From the human T2T-CHM13v2.0 reference genome, Homo sapiens: a stretch of 64,000 bases of DNA. A program made the position numbers and the translations under genes. Each line of letters starts with the position of its first letter. Within the stretch, counting starts at the first letter, position 1. Positions 12,626-31,457 of the stretch are shown here, piece after piece. The stretch lies in assembly GCF_009914755.1 (NCBI RefSeq), contig NC_060935.1. One strand, written 5' to 3'. The notes under the pieces were generated by a model that ran no database searches, had not been told where the DNA came from, and saw only the letters and a program-made list of their open reading frames with translations.

Positions 12626-14596
12626 ATTTGTTTGTTCTAATAAAAATGTAGGACTGAATTTGACTCACAGTTGACTAATTTACATTCTAAAGTGGCCAGA
12701 AAACTTCTATTGGTAGTTTCCTTCATAGGAAAATTGGGAGGTTCTCACTCAAAATTGGCTTATATTTGGGCATATGTTAGGATACATGTAATGTTTAAGT
12801 AAAAGTAATACTTTGAATATCAAGCTAACTAGTGATAAGTTTATGGTTATTTATACTGTTAGGTAATAGGGTATTTTAATCTACCCCTTATTGCCATGGG
12901 GAGGTTTAAAAAAGCAAAATTCAAAACGGAGAAATTGTGCTGACATTTGAACAAAATAAATGGATTATTTTTCAAGTAATGTTTTGTTTTTAGAAATAGT
13001 AAGGCAGCCCTCATTTTGCATGGTGGTACTGTGGGACTAGAAAAATGGCCTTTTGGGGCAAACTGGTGCAAAGTGACCTTTTTCTTTTGGAGTAAAACAT
13101 GCACGCACACATGCACGCTTACTTGCGAAGCAATCTTAATCGTCAATGGAGAAATGGATTGCTTGTGATCTTTAATTTTTTTTTTTGTTAAGGCACAAAA
13201 ATCTCTTACTGTAAATTGTAAACGTATAGGGGAGTGACAAGCAGTAAAACATTGATTAAATACACTGTAATTTATAACATTAAAAACATTGATAGTTAAA
13301 GTACGTAACCCTTTGACGCAGCAGGTTCATTTCTAAGTGGATAGCTTAGAGCAATCTGGTGTCTCCTTTTAATAGTATTTTAAATTATAATTTTTATCAT
13401 AAAATGACATTCATAAAAAAACCCTACCTAAACACATAATTTTAGAAAAATCAATACAATGCCTCAATTGTGATGTAAAATAAATAAGGGGAAATTAGTT
13501 TACAGTAAAATGTTTTGTTGTATAAATGCTTGGGCATGACAACCCTAGAAGGCATAAGGCCCGATGTGTGTACTTTCTGATAACGAATGTTTGGCTTTAA
13601 GAGAAGATTGTCAGAAGCTATTACAAAGAAGAATATAGCAACACAAAAGAAGAGGTGACTCTGCTGGATAAAAATGTGTTAGGATAGGTAAAAGCAGACC
13701 AGTCATTTATACGTAATAAGAGAAAAGGTAAATAATGAAGTTAGAGATAACATGCCATTCATATTATAGATTGTCACCTGGAGAAAATGAGGAAGTATTA
13801 TAATCTCACAAAAAAACCCCTGAGCCTTCTTTGTTTCCAGTGAAACGTCAGAATCCTTCCCTGGGTCATGACAGACTCAGAGGAGCAACAGGGTATCACA
13901 GAAAACATATTGCTTCCCACCTCTCCCAGCAGATGGCCAGACATGCACCCAGTTGAGTACATGAAGAGATTTTGGAGATTCCTGTATGATAGGCAATGGC
14001 GAATGGAGAATGGATCTGAAAAAAGGGAAAATTAACCTCAAGGTTTAATAACACACCAGGGTGGTAAGCCACAAGGAAACAAGCATTTTATTATGTTGCT
14101 GGCCTACTGGGGATAATTTCGCAGTATCTTTTAAATTACAAATTCCCTTTGACCCAGAAATTCTAAGGTTTTATCTTACTGGTATAGATGCACAGGTATA
14201 GAATGATGTATTTACAAGGTTATTCATTGCCATATTATTTGTAATCGCAAAAGATTGGAAGCAGGAACATAAACCTCATCAGTAGTTGAACAGTTAAATT
14301 ATGATTCATATTCTTTGTATGCCAGGAAGCTGTAAAAAGGGAGGAGGATGTTATGCACCGATATGGAAATATCCTTAACTGAAGAAAAGCAAGGGCGAAA
14401 GAATAGATTTGCTCATATATGCATTAAAAAATCTCTAGATAAACAGGAAAGGCACAACTTTAGTTACCTACTGTGTGGAAGAGTGAACAGGGCTGAAAGG
14501 GAGATTTCTCTATATACACCTTTATTACTGATCCAAAAAAATTAAGTACTTTTTCTAAAGGTGTGTGTAAAAAAAAAGAAAGAAAAAGGTCTGTTA

Positions 14597-16422
<1,826 letters not shown>

Positions 16423-16609
16423 GCTAATATTTTTAATTGTCTTGCTTGCTTATTCTATGCAATTATATGTGTTTAAGTATTGAAATGCTAACAACAACCA
16501 AAGATAGTTTGGTTTGCTCTTAGCAGAATGATAAAAGTACAGGAAGCAAAACTTAGAAACTCCCATGAAAAAATCCCAGTTTTGCCTAAAAAAAAAAAAG
16601 TTTTCCAAA

Positions 16610-16990
16610 AAATAAAAAGGAATAAAAAGGAGTGGAGCTACCATATGCTACAACATGTCCGACCCTTGAAAATACTATGCCAAGTGAAAGAAGCCAGGCA
16701 CAAAAAGCCACATAGTGTATGATTCCATTCCTGTGAAATGTCCGAAACAGGCAGATACACAGAGACAGAAAGCAGATTGGTGGGTGCCTAGGGCGGAGAG
16801 GGGAGGGAGGGTCGGTGGTGATTGCTGATAGGTATGGGGTTTTTTTGGGGGGTGACGAAAATGTTTTGAATTAGATAGTGGTAATGGTAACACAGCATTG
16901 TGAATATACTAAAAACCACTGAATTGTACACTTAAAATGGTTAGGATGGAGAATTTTATGTGACCTTTATCTTGACAAAAATTTTAAAAC
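16610..16990 (+). mobile_element. L1M(B)-type 3' UTR fragment
   Basis: GAAGCCAGGCACAAAAAGCCACATAGTGTATGATTCCATT...CTGAATTGTACACTTAAAATGG, typical of old L1 3' ends. Confidence 0.75.
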
Positions 16991-17283
16991 ATAAAAGCAG
17001 TATGGTCATAAATTTTTTGAATGTATATTCACATCAGTATTTCAGTTACTATGAAGTAATGCAACTCCCTTCAGAGTCAAAACAAAAAACAAGTTAAATC
17101 ATTAAGGATAATATAGTTTCAGAGCTGACGGACCAGATGGATTATAAATTGTGTTTATTATAAAGTGGCTGGCAATGCCACTGTAGCTGGTGAAGAGACC
17201 ACGTCTTGAATTAAGGTTTCTCAGGTTTGACCTTCAGTGATACTGATTTGACATTTAGAAACACACAAATGCACCCTCCTTAG

Positions 17284-17637
<354 letters not shown>

Positions 17638-17645
17638 CCATGTAC

Positions 17646-18692
17646 TTTTCTAAAAGCACTAAGGGCTTTTTTCCTCTTTTTCTCTTCCAAATGAAAACCC
17701 CACTCTGTTTTTGTTAAGTTCAAGCTGCGGTTGGTAGTGGTGAGCTCCTTGTCATTTAACGGAGACTGAACGAGTTCTGGAAGACAGGACCAGGTTTGAG
17801 GGCTAAGTGCTGTTTGCCGTCCATCCACAGGCCAAGGACCCAGTATCGGGAGAGCAGAGAGGCCGAGGACACACTGGTTCTTAGGAGCGCTCAAGGTTGT
17901 TCACCCTTGGGAGCAGTTTGTGAGCAGTGAAGGCAGGAAGGCAGGCCGTGAGCACCCAGGAAGCAAAGGCAGAGAATGCAGACATTCTTGGAGGATTTTT
18001 GTTAGCAAAGATAAAGGCTTCGGGAGGCCGAGGTGGGCGGATCACCTGAGGTCGGGAGTTCGAGACCAGCCTGACCAACATGGAAAAACCCCGTCTCTAC
18101 TAAAAATACAAAATTAGCCAGGCGTGGTGGTGCATGCCTGTAATCCCAGGTACTCCGGAGGCTGAGGCAGGAGAATCGCTGAACCTGGAAGGTGGAGGTT
18201 GTGGTGAGCCGAGATTGGGCCATTGCACCCCAGCCTGGACAGCAAGAGTGAAACTCCATCTCAAAAAAAAAAAAAAGATAAAGGCAGGTGCAGGGTAGGC
18301 TAGAAATCCAGAAAGTTGTCCATAGACTGACAGTGATGAGGGCGTGTGTGATCATTTTCCACTTCATGCGTCGGAATGCACACAACTGCTTTCTTCAAAC
18401 TGTTAACAGTACTGCTAAGAACTGAATTAACAGTTGAGATATTAAGTAACTTTATTTTAGCCATGTGGCAAAAATCAACCAGTCCATCACAGGCCAAGGA
18501 TTTGCATTTGAGGAGCAGACAGAGAGGAGGTGTTAATGTGGAAGGGGCTGCGGGACACCTGTCGAGCTGCTCTCCTGGGTTAGAGGGCTGGTGGCGATAC
18601 TGCCTTTCAGTTGAATGGCACTTTTGATGGTTTTCCCATTTGATTGTTACGGTTGTGGACCATGGGTAGAGTGTAGCTGTCTTTGCACACAT
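17646..18692 (-). pseudogene. Candidate fossil coding segment split by an Alu
   Basis: ORFs 18300..18692 and 17610..17894 share one frame. Removing Alu 18019-18285 leaves ~260 codons with two stops, ending EEKKRKKALSAFRK|GTACAT. Confidence 0.45.
18019..18285 (+). mobile_element. 5'-truncated Alu
   Basis: TSD AAAGATAAAGGC at 18007-18018 and 18274-18285. Confidence 0.9.
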
Positions 18693-18790
18693 TTTGTGGA
18701 TACATAAACCAAGAGGAATAATAACTTAAGTGACATGTTTGAGGTTGGAAGGGTCAGTTTGTTTCAAACATGGAAGGACAGTGAGTCAGC

Positions 18791-19445
<655 letters not shown>

Positions 19446-20289
19446 GCGAATTAGCATTTAAAAAATATATACTTCCTGGTTCCCCCTACAGGAGTGTTGA
19501 TTCAGCAAGGTGAGGCCCAGGAGTCTGCATTTGAATCAGCTCCACAGGTGGTTACTGTGCAGCCAGTCTGTACTTCCCGTCTTGCCTGTGCCGCCTCAAC
19601 ATCGTGGAGCCTGCGTGTTTTGCTAACTCGAGAGCCCAGGTGTGCAGTGCATTATTTTTCCTGATAGGCAGCATTCTGGTTTTGTGAATGGGTGTGCCTT
19701 TGGTTCCATTGCCATCATCTGGGCTGCGGACATTGACTGGGTTCCCCCTGGGTGCCCAGCACTTTGTCACAGGTCTGGGCTTCTGCTTTTCAGAGTAGAG
19801 TGGGGAAGACAGCTGGACATGCAGCCGGGAAGTGAGGAATGCCGGGGCTGGGGGCGGGTGTGACCACCTAGCAAGGGGACCTGTCCATGCCCACGTGGGA
19901 AGTAGAGGAGGCCTCTGCAGGAAATGGCCTCAAGCTGTGAACATCAGGTAAGTGGGAGCTGGTCAGGGAAAAGTGGCAGCTTCAGAGGTCAGAGGGAACA
20001 ACCGTGGTGTGGAGGGCCAGCAGAGGAACAGACGGCATGTTGAGCGAGCTGTAGATTGCTGTGACCGATGTGCTGTGAGGCATGAGGTGAGGAGGGAGAC
20101 GCTGGAGTCAGAATGGGCGGAGCTGACTTCTAGAGCGGCCACTCTGACCTCTCTTCTGTGTGCTCATGGTGTCACCTGATAGAGTATCAAGGTCTGGATG
20201 AGACAATCCATGTTAAGTGCTTAGAACAATGTCTGGCAGATAATGCAACAGAAGTGTGTGTTATGACTTCTCATTTGGGTTAGAAGTTA

Positions 20290-21290
<1,001 letters not shown>

Positions 21291-21747
21291 GAACTGAAGA
21301 CCGAGACAACCCAGGCTGGGGAAAAGTTTCTGAACAAGTTACGTGTCCATGTGGACACCGTGTATTCTGGTCATGTCCTTGGGTTTAGCATTGTTTAGAA
21401 AGACAGAAAGGAGGACTGATCTTTTTTGTTTTTAATACTAAGCAATACAGACTTAAAAATTAAAACAAAAAAAAATTATCTTACTTCCAACTCTCATTCC
21501 CAACTGTAGTGGGTAACCAGCATCAGCAGCTTGGTGTGTATCTTTCTATATTTTATCTTATATATACTTGAAAAATACATAAAAGCGTGTGTTTGCTTTT
21601 AACCAAATAGGATCATATGGAAATGCGGTTCTGTACTATGTTTTTTTAACTCAATATTTATGTGGTCCCTAAATACTAGGTTTGGGCATACATTTTTTCA
21701 GCATGTATTTCTTAAAGAGAAACTGACAGGGAAAATAAATAAGATAT

Positions 21748-22109
21748 TGTATTAGTCCGTTCTCACACCGCTATGAAAAAATACCAAGACTGGGTAATTC
21801 ATAAAGGAAAGGTTTAATTGACTCACAGTTCCGCATGGCTGGGGAGGCCTCAGGAAAGTTACAGTCACAGGGGAAGGCAAAGGAGAAGCAGGCACCTTTT
21901 TCACTGGGCGGCAGGACGGAGTGCATGCAAGCAGGGGAAATGCCAGACACTTATAAAATCATCAGATCTCGTGAGACTCACTCACTATCACGAGAACGGC
22001 ATGGGGTAACCGCCCTCATGATCCAGTTACCTCCACCTGGTCCTGCCCTCAACACATGGGAATTAGGGGATTATAATTCGAGATTTTGGGTGGCTTCACA
22101 GCCGTATCA
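21748..22109 (-). mobile_element. Solo THE1/MST (MaLR) LTR
   Basis: TGTATTAGTCCGTTCTCAC...GTATCA termini with 5-bp TSD GATAT at 21743-21747 and 22110-22114. Confidence 0.9.
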
Positions 22110-22624
22110 GATATATTGGAACTTTAAAAATGTTTATGTAATCTGTTATACGCAAATATTGTCCAGTGATTGAAAAGCCAGTGCTACTTCAGTCACAGTG
22201 GCTTTGAACATGTTTAGAATTCAGTGAGATGATGAGACCAAATTTTTATAAAATTTATAAAAATGTGAAGTTTGTGGTCTTCTTTTCTAGTGTCCTCCTG
22301 TCCCCCTTTTATCATTAGGAGTGGTGCACCCTGCCATCTATCTATGGACTGACGGGCAGATAGATATAGATGTTTATTAGCATACTTTTAATCGTGGCAC
22401 CAGGGTTTCAAAACATGATTTGCTCATTCATTTTAATATATAAACTTCTAATTTTCTTTATTTCAAATTTGACATGCTTTTAAACCTAGACTGAGGCGAG
22501 TAGCTTCTACTGCCTGAAGATCACAGTGTGAGCTCTGCATGCCGGTTTCTCATGTCCTTGTGTCCATTTATTAGACGTCTTTTTGACTGAGAAGACACAA
22601 GACTTTGCCTTCTGTGAAGTTCTT

Positions 22625-23365
<741 letters not shown>

Positions 23366-23522
23366 GTGAAGTTTTATTTCATTTTCAGCAAAAGGTTAGT
23401 GAAATGTTGAAAAGCAGTTAAAAAGCAAAACAGAGCTATTGAAGGAGATTATAGAGAGTAAGAGATGTGGAATTGTAACATGGCCAAGTAAAGAAAACGG
23501 GAAGAGGAAAGGGTAAGGGGTG

Positions 23523-23718
23523 GGGCCCAGGCACCCACGTGAGGTTGGGGACCATGAGGCTCTGTTGCCCCTTTCCCACTGGCGATGGGGCTACTTCGAG
23601 GCATTGGGATGATGGGAAGAGGGCCCAGGCACCCACGTGAGGGTGGGGACCATGAGGCTCTGCTGCCCCTTTTCCACTGGCGATAGGGCTACTTCAAGCC
23701 ATCGGAATGACGGGAAAA
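23523..23718. repeat. 98-bp tandem duplication
   Basis: GGGCCCAGGCACCCACGTGAGG... copies start at 23523 and 23621 and are about 90% identical. Confidence 0.9.
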
Positions 23719-24899
23719 GATGGATCACTTTTGGCAATAAATGTCACATCTGATCTTAACTTGAAATTGACCTGATTGTGGCTTTTGAGTAATAATGTCT
23801 GGTCTATATAATATGAACCTGTTAGCCAGATCTAAACCTTTCGTTCAGAAGTGATAAACATCAGCATTATCAGGCATTATGTGAAACCAAGTTCTTTAGC
23901 TGATTTTAGTGTTACTTTCTGTTGTCTCAATCCTAGATAATGTCAAATAGAAATACATATTTGCATTCTTCAGATTTATATTTTAAATGAAAATATTCCG
24001 GTAATTATTGCATCTATTCTATTTCAGAAAATACTTGACACTTTAATTATTAAATAGAATGTCACTTTAAACTAGTGATATATTTGACTTACAGTATTTT
24101 TAAACTTAACATTTTTTTTTCCTAAATAGGAAAAAATGTACACTGACAATTAGATTCCTCTGATGTAATAAGGTAGATCATTTATTGCACATATTTGGGG
24201 TTCCTACTATTTTTTTTTCTGCAATAATAATGCAAGCAGTACATACAGGAACATGCTTTTGGGATCTTAAACTTTGGAATGTCCCGTCTAATGTTTACCT
24301 AAACTGCTAAGTTTAAATTTGCTTTGATATATTTTCAGTTGTTGGATTCTTCTGAGCAGAGAGAAAGGTTTTTTTCTTTAAGTGGAGTAATCATGAACGT
24401 CTATGAATTCGTTTTCTACTGTAGCCACAGCAGTATACCATAGAATAGTTTTGGTAGTTGAATATATTGGGAATACTTACATTTAACCAAAATAATAGAA
24501 ATTCCCTGTATTCTCTTTGGTTTTAGAGGCAAATCTAAAATCTGGAAGTTGAAATGAGGATAGTTTGGGGTTCTTAGGAAAACCTTAGGGAAACTGTATG
24601 AAACAGAAAAAGGCTTGCTGCTGGTGCCGGAAGAGTGACAGCGTGCTGGGGGGTTTGTGCATGAGTGAAGGTGGGGCCAGGTGGGAGCCTTCCTGTTTCT
24701 GGATGGATGGTCTGTGCAGTAGTAACTCAGGCTGCATGGTTCTTGCATCATCCGAGTTGTGAAGTGCTCTTCCTCCACTTCCAGGTCCTCCTTGTTATGA
24801 GGACTTAGGCTTTGACTAGGGCTTTCATTTAAAGGTGACGAAATTTGTTCATAATAGACTTTTAAAAATAAAACACCGATATTCCACCTTCCTGGGACC

Positions 24900-26900
24900 G
24901 ACAGTCCTAGGACCCTGCCACCTTGTCAGGATTCTTCATCTCCCCTACTGGTCCATTATTACCCTCCCAGCCCTGCCAGCCTTTCAGCTCCCTTGCCTCT
25001 TCCACTTCATTGCGCTTACCTGGCAGAAACCACCCCATTCAGTCCGTTCTCCATGCCCATTCACCTCCACTGACCCGCAGAGGCCCTAAGTGCCGCCAGC
25101 ATCTCTGTTAGTGCATCCCGCCCTCTTTCTTCTACGCGGCATGCTGCCTACCCGTCCTCTCTTCTAGATGCCATTTCATACCTTCTCCTCTCCTATCTTC
25201 CCCAAATGTAAATGCAGAATGATGACATTGTGTTTGTTTTTTTCTGTGTGAAATTGGAAGAAATCAGAAAAGAAGTTCCACCAACTCCCACCACACCTCT
25301 GGATCTGCACCCCGCACCCCATGTCGTCTGCCCTCTTTCCCTTTACTGCGGGTGATCTGTGTGCCCCAGAAAAGGTCAGCCTCTCCTCTTAGTCACTTGA
25401 CTTACCTGCTTTCAGCTGGACTCATCAGTTCCCACCTCCCCACTGGATTCTTGCCCTCACTATGCAAATGTCTGTCTCATCCTGCAAAGGTCTTTCTTGA
25501 CCTCATATCTTCTCCAGCCACTGCACTGTTTTTCTTCCCCTTTACTGCAGAGTTCCTTGGAAGAATTTTCTGTACTCCCTGCTTTACTTCCACTCTTCCC
25601 ATTCTCTTTGAACTCAGTCCAGTGAGGGTTTTGACCCGCCACTGCAGCATGCTGCAGATGTCACAGTCACCATCGATCTCCATTCCAGCAAGTCCGACCA
25701 ACAAGCATCAGTCAGCTCATTTGATCCACTGGCATCAGTGAATACAGTTGATCATCCTCCTGGAAATAAGGATCTTCAAAGATCTTGAAGGGTTTCCTGG
25801 TTTTCCTCCTCATCCCTGATTGCTCCTAGCCTCTTTTGCTGATGCCCCTCAATGAGACTGTTGGGGGCTTGATCCCCATCTCTTCTCACCCTCCACCCAG
25901 GGCCTCACTGACTTGCATGGAACAAAATGATTATCCCCATTTGCAGTCTCTACAACACACCCAAAAACTCCAGACTGTGAATTGCGCTCAACTGTCTAAT
26001 AACCATTTCAAATTTAGCACGTCCAAACCCAAACTTTTACACCTTCCCTTCAAAACATACTCTTCCCGTAGTCACTCCCTTCTCAGGAACCAATGACTCC
26101 ATCCTTCACTTGCTTCCGCCAGAATCCTTGGAGGCATCCTCGTGCCTTTCTTTCTCTGCGATCTTTGACCTGTCAGGAGCTCCTGCTGGCTCTGTGGTGA
26201 ACAGGTCCAGAGTCCCTGCTTCTCACCACCTGCGGTGAGCCCACCCTGGTCTGCTGCATAATTGCAGTCATTTCTTACCCATCTCCCCACTTCTGGCCTC
26301 ACCTTCTCACAGGCTGTTCTGAAGACAGCATCCAGGGGAATCCTTTGAAAACGGGTGAAGGGCACGGCTCATGAGAATCCTTACTTAGGCTCTTTCTTTT
26401 CTCTAATATTGATTTTAGTTCAGATCCTCATTAATCCCTGGGATTATTGCAGTGAACTCACTGCTGATTTCCCAGTCTTAATCTCCTCCAGCCCGGGGGT
26501 AGCAGTGCTTCCAGCGACCTTTCATTGCTCCAACACACCCATTTTGAGCACATCCCTTATGCTAATGACTGACTGAGACTTTACCAGTTTTGCCCCATTT
26601 TCTGTTCAGAGTCCTCAAAGCCTGTAGATAAGGTGATTTCTATAGCCTTCAACATTAAATCCAGGTTTCATGCTGTGTGCTGTTGTTCTCTGAATGGCTG
26701 CCCACTTATGACCTCACCGGCTTCCTCCATACACGCTGCCCATGCCCCAGCCCTGCTGAAGCCCTTGCTTATCAGATACCTTCTGCTTTTGTGAAAGAGG
26801 CTCTCACTGGCTATACAGCATGTTCAGAATTCAGCTCAATTCAAGTGCTGTGTCCTTCAGCAAACCTTCCGAGAAGCACTCCCACTTCCCATCATGGATG
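24900..26900. mobile_element. Degraded L2 region
   Basis: Pyrimidine-rich L2-like text (CATTTCAAATTTAGCACGTCCAAACCCAAACT, AATCCTTGGAGGCATCCT); boundaries approximate. Confidence 0.5.
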
Positions 26901-27389
26901 GCTTCAACTCAGCTCCCGCAGTATCCTGGTCACCTCTCACCCAGAGCACGTACTGCTCTGAGGTTCCTGCCAGCTCGTCTGTCTGTTCTTTAAAGCATCC
27001 TGAGGAGTGGACAGGCCCTGTTTCTGTGTTGCTGCAGCGGCCAGCATAGACGAGATATGCACTATTTCTTGAAAGAACTGTAACGTCCGATCGAGGTGGA
27101 AGCACTCACTTGTGCTTTGATGCATCTCCCCTCCAAACACAACAGTGAAAAGGTACAATTTAAGTAGAGAAACAAACCAAAAAGCATAGCCAGCCCACCA
27201 AGCAAGAGAAATACCCTTCAGTACACAAACAGACTAGAAACCTAGCATGGTAAGCCTGAATTGACTGGATTTCACTGGCCACTGAGCCGCAGGCTCCAAG
27301 CAGGCAGTGTCAGTAGGAAAGTGGGTTCTTACAGGGGTAAGGGTAACAGGGACTAAAGTGTTCAGTGGAGTTAGAACTAGATGTAGCTA

Positions 27390-27691
<302 letters not shown>

Positions 27692-27955
27692 TAGATGGTT
27701 TTTGGAGCTGGAGTTAGATAAGGTTTCCCCATCTAAGGCAATTCTCTGCTATACAGATTGGGGCTCTACTGGCAGTTGTGGTCCTAGGGAGGTAGAATGC
27801 AAGGCCTGGGATGAGCCATGCTATTCCATGGTTCTCTACCAGGGTCTGCACTGTTGGTGACATAACCACGCAACAGAATCCTGCATCACCATGGAAAACC
27901 TAGTTCTGGACGGAGGCCTTGGAAGGCTTGGAGGGCAACAACCACAGAACACTAG

Positions 27956-28299
27956 TGCTATGGGCTGAATACTTTTGTGTTCCCTGCTCTGCCAAAGTCA
28001 TATGCTCAAATCCCACTCCCTGGTTTCACTGTATTAGAAGGTAGAGCCCTTGGGAGGGGATTAGGTCATGAGGGTGGACTCCTTGTGAATGGAATAATGT
28101 GCTTAGAAGAGACCCCATAGAGATCCCTGGTCCCTTCCATCATGTGAGGACATAGAAGCTGGCAGTTGGGCCCTCACCAGACACCAAATCTGCTGATGTC
28201 TTGCTTCTGAACTTCCAGCCTCGAGAACTGTGAAGAATGAATTTCTGTTGTTTAAAAGGTAATGGGAGTTAGTTACAGCAGCCTGAATGGACTGAGCCA
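27956..28299 (+). mobile_element. MLT1A-like MaLR solo LTR
   Basis: TGCTATGGGCTGAAT start, GAACTTCCAGCCTCGAGAACTGTGA core, TTACAGCAGCCTGAATGGACTGAGCCA end. Confidence 0.75.
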
Positions 28300-28833
28300 C
28301 TAGACAGGGAGGAGAGCACCAGCAACAGAAAACCTTCTGTCGCGATGAGCCCGAGACCCCAATTCCTCTATGCTCAAAGACCTCTAATACACATCCTCAC
28401 AGAGCTGATGCCTTACAGAGCTGTGCATTTACTGCATCGGAAATTTAAGGACAGTCTGGCAAAAACTGTCAAAATAAGTATGTTTAAGATGCTTAAAAAG
28501 ATAAATTAGCATCCATGAAAACAAACAAGAAATTGCCCAAAAGGAAACAAGAGTAAGAAGATATGACCCAAAAAAGAAAAAGAAAAAGGAAGAAGAACTT
28601 GAAATCTAGTAAATGAAAAGGATATTAGCCAGGATGATAGACTCTGGACCAGACATAGTCAAAGACAAAATTAGTGGATTGGCAGTTACTTCACAAAATT
28701 GACCCAGATGACAGGGACAAGATGGAGGGGCACAATGATAAAATTCAAGGTCCTGAATTCAGGCAGGCCTGTAGCCGACTCTGTACTTTGACTTGACAGT
28801 TATGTGCCATATTATGGCTATTTATTAATTATT

Positions 28834-29132
<299 letters not shown>

Positions 29133-31355
29133 TAATAATGGCTTTTTAACTGAAGCTAGTTTGAGTCTGTTTGCTTTTTGCCTGCAAGAGAAATAATCTT
29201 TCCTCATGTACGAACCCCTTCATGAGATGACAGTGTTTCGTTAAAGTTAGCCATTAGATGATCTGACAGTCAGCTAGAGTTAATTATCAGAGATGTAAAT
29301 CGGTATTTGATATGATTAATATTGGCACATAAGAAATCTCTGAAACTTAGGAAGGAAAACAAACTTGGTGGGAGGACATGGACAGAAGACCGGTCTACTT
29401 GGCGGCCTCTCCCTACCCTCCTCCCGCACGCTGCCCAGCCCAGGAGCCCGCTTCTGAATGCTGCGTTCGATCTCTGAAGAGGTTTCAGCACTTACAGATC
29501 CTTACCAGGTTTTAAGCCACATTTGGGTGATCTTCATTAGTATTGTTGGCATTTCTTTGTGTTTGCAAGTATGCACTGAAATACTGAATTGAAGAGCTAT
29601 TCATGTTCTTTAGCTAATTTTATGGTCTCAGGAGCAGCCTTGTCTCCAAAACTCACTGTATAATATGTTTATAATGTCTATATATATTTAATTGCAATAA
29701 AATATACTAAGATAAAACTTGCCAGCTTAAGCAGTTCAGTGAATGCTAGATTCATGTAGTGGAATGTGCTTGTGTCCCCTCCCCACCCCCGCTGTGTTCA
29801 GCCTCTGCTGTTACTCCCCAGCCAGGCGCAGCTTTGGATGTGTCCACAGTCACCCTGCTGCTGTCTTCCACTCTCTCTGACCACACTCAGTTCTGAGCCC
29901 CACATATGTTTCTGTTGTCTTCAGCAGTGCCCTGGGATAATTAGAAACCAATTCAGTGAAATTGTGGCTAATTCTAAGAAACAGTTTCTGAAGTCATTTT
30001 AGGAGATTTGTTCCTACTCTGGAGGGCTCCTGCAGCAAGAATTCTCCAGCTCTCCCTGCTGACTAGCCAGCCGCAGTCCAGGCTGTGCCTCCATTAAACC
30101 CACACCTCCAGTTGCCTTCACTAGGACCTCCACTGCTCCTAGGTTTAAAGAGAGTGCCCAGGGTTTAAATGTTAGTGCCCTAACATTTAAAGAGGTTTAA
30201 ATGTCACCAAACTCGTTTCTCCCTGAATGACGCCCCTGGTCTTATGGCGGCAGCCAGGGCCCTCTCAGCTTGTCACTCCAGCCCTGCAGCTACCGTCTTA
30301 CAGAGCCAGGGCACAGCTGATCAGGACCCCCAGTATTCTCAGCCTGCCACACTCAAAGTTGAGCCTCCATTCCAGAATGGAGGCTGGACAGAGGTAGGAA
30401 GGCCCACTTTGCCCATGACTCCACTAGCCAGGATGCAGCATCAGCACCACGTAGCTGGGGTGGGGTGGAACTGGGGGAGAGGGCACTACATTATCAGCTG
30501 CAGCAGTCTGGAACAGAGTCGCTGCCTCACTGACCTGGAAAGGGGAGGCAGGGAGCAGTCTTGGTTCAAATACAACAGACTCTGGCCTTTCTTACTGAAT
30601 TTTCAGTTGTTTGCTGTGAACCCTTAGAACGATCTCCAGAGTCTCAGAACAGTTGTTTTCTTACAATGTTCACCTGTTTTCCTTGGGAGCAAGCAGGTCA
30701 GTGGAGCTTCTTGTGCTGTCATGCTAGAAGTTGATTACCCACAGTAGGGATTCTTGCAGAAGAAATATTACTTTAGAAGAGAGGCTGGGCACGGTGGCTC
30801 AAGCCTGTGGTCTCAGCTACTTGGGAGGGTCACTTGAGCTCTGGAGGTCAAAACTGCAGTGAGCCATGGTCACACCATTGCACTCTAGCCTGGGTGACAC
30901 AATGAGACCCTGTCTCAGAAAGAAAAAGGAAGAAAAGGAGGCTAGGACAGGGGTGGTGGCCTTCTAGGCCATCTTTCCTCTCTCTCCAGCAACTCTAGAT
31001 CACATGTCTGTGAGTCATTTAAAATGTCTTCATTCAGTTCATGTCAGGATCCTGTTCAGGAAAATGTTTTGGACTTCTCTGGCTGCTGAGAAGGTGGACT
31101 TGGATTCCCCTTCTTTCCCTGCTGTCCTTGTCCCAGGGTGCAGGGATAGAGGGAAGTCAGATGGTCTGTCAGTGTTGTGATTTGTTAGGGAATCTGTGTG
31201 GTCCATTGATGCCCTCTTTCTCTGGAGGATCACTGAGATCCCTTCCCCATAACTTGTAATGAGGTTGCCTTTGTGTGAAGACTGTGGAGCCTTGATGAAA
31301 GGCTTTCTTTAGGGGGTCTTTCTTATTTATTTAATTTTGTTTTGTGATTTTCTAG

Positions 31356-31457
31356 GAGTTCGCAGCACTTACTAAAGAACTCAATGTATGCAGGGAACAG
31401 CTCCTTGAAAGGGAAGAAGAAATTGCTGAACTGAAAGCAGAAAGGAATAACACCAGG
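31356..31457 (+). CDS. PPFIA1: Liprin-alpha-1 exon 3
   Basis: TCTAG|[34 protein letters not shown]|GTGAGT; 102 nt. Confidence 0.97.
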
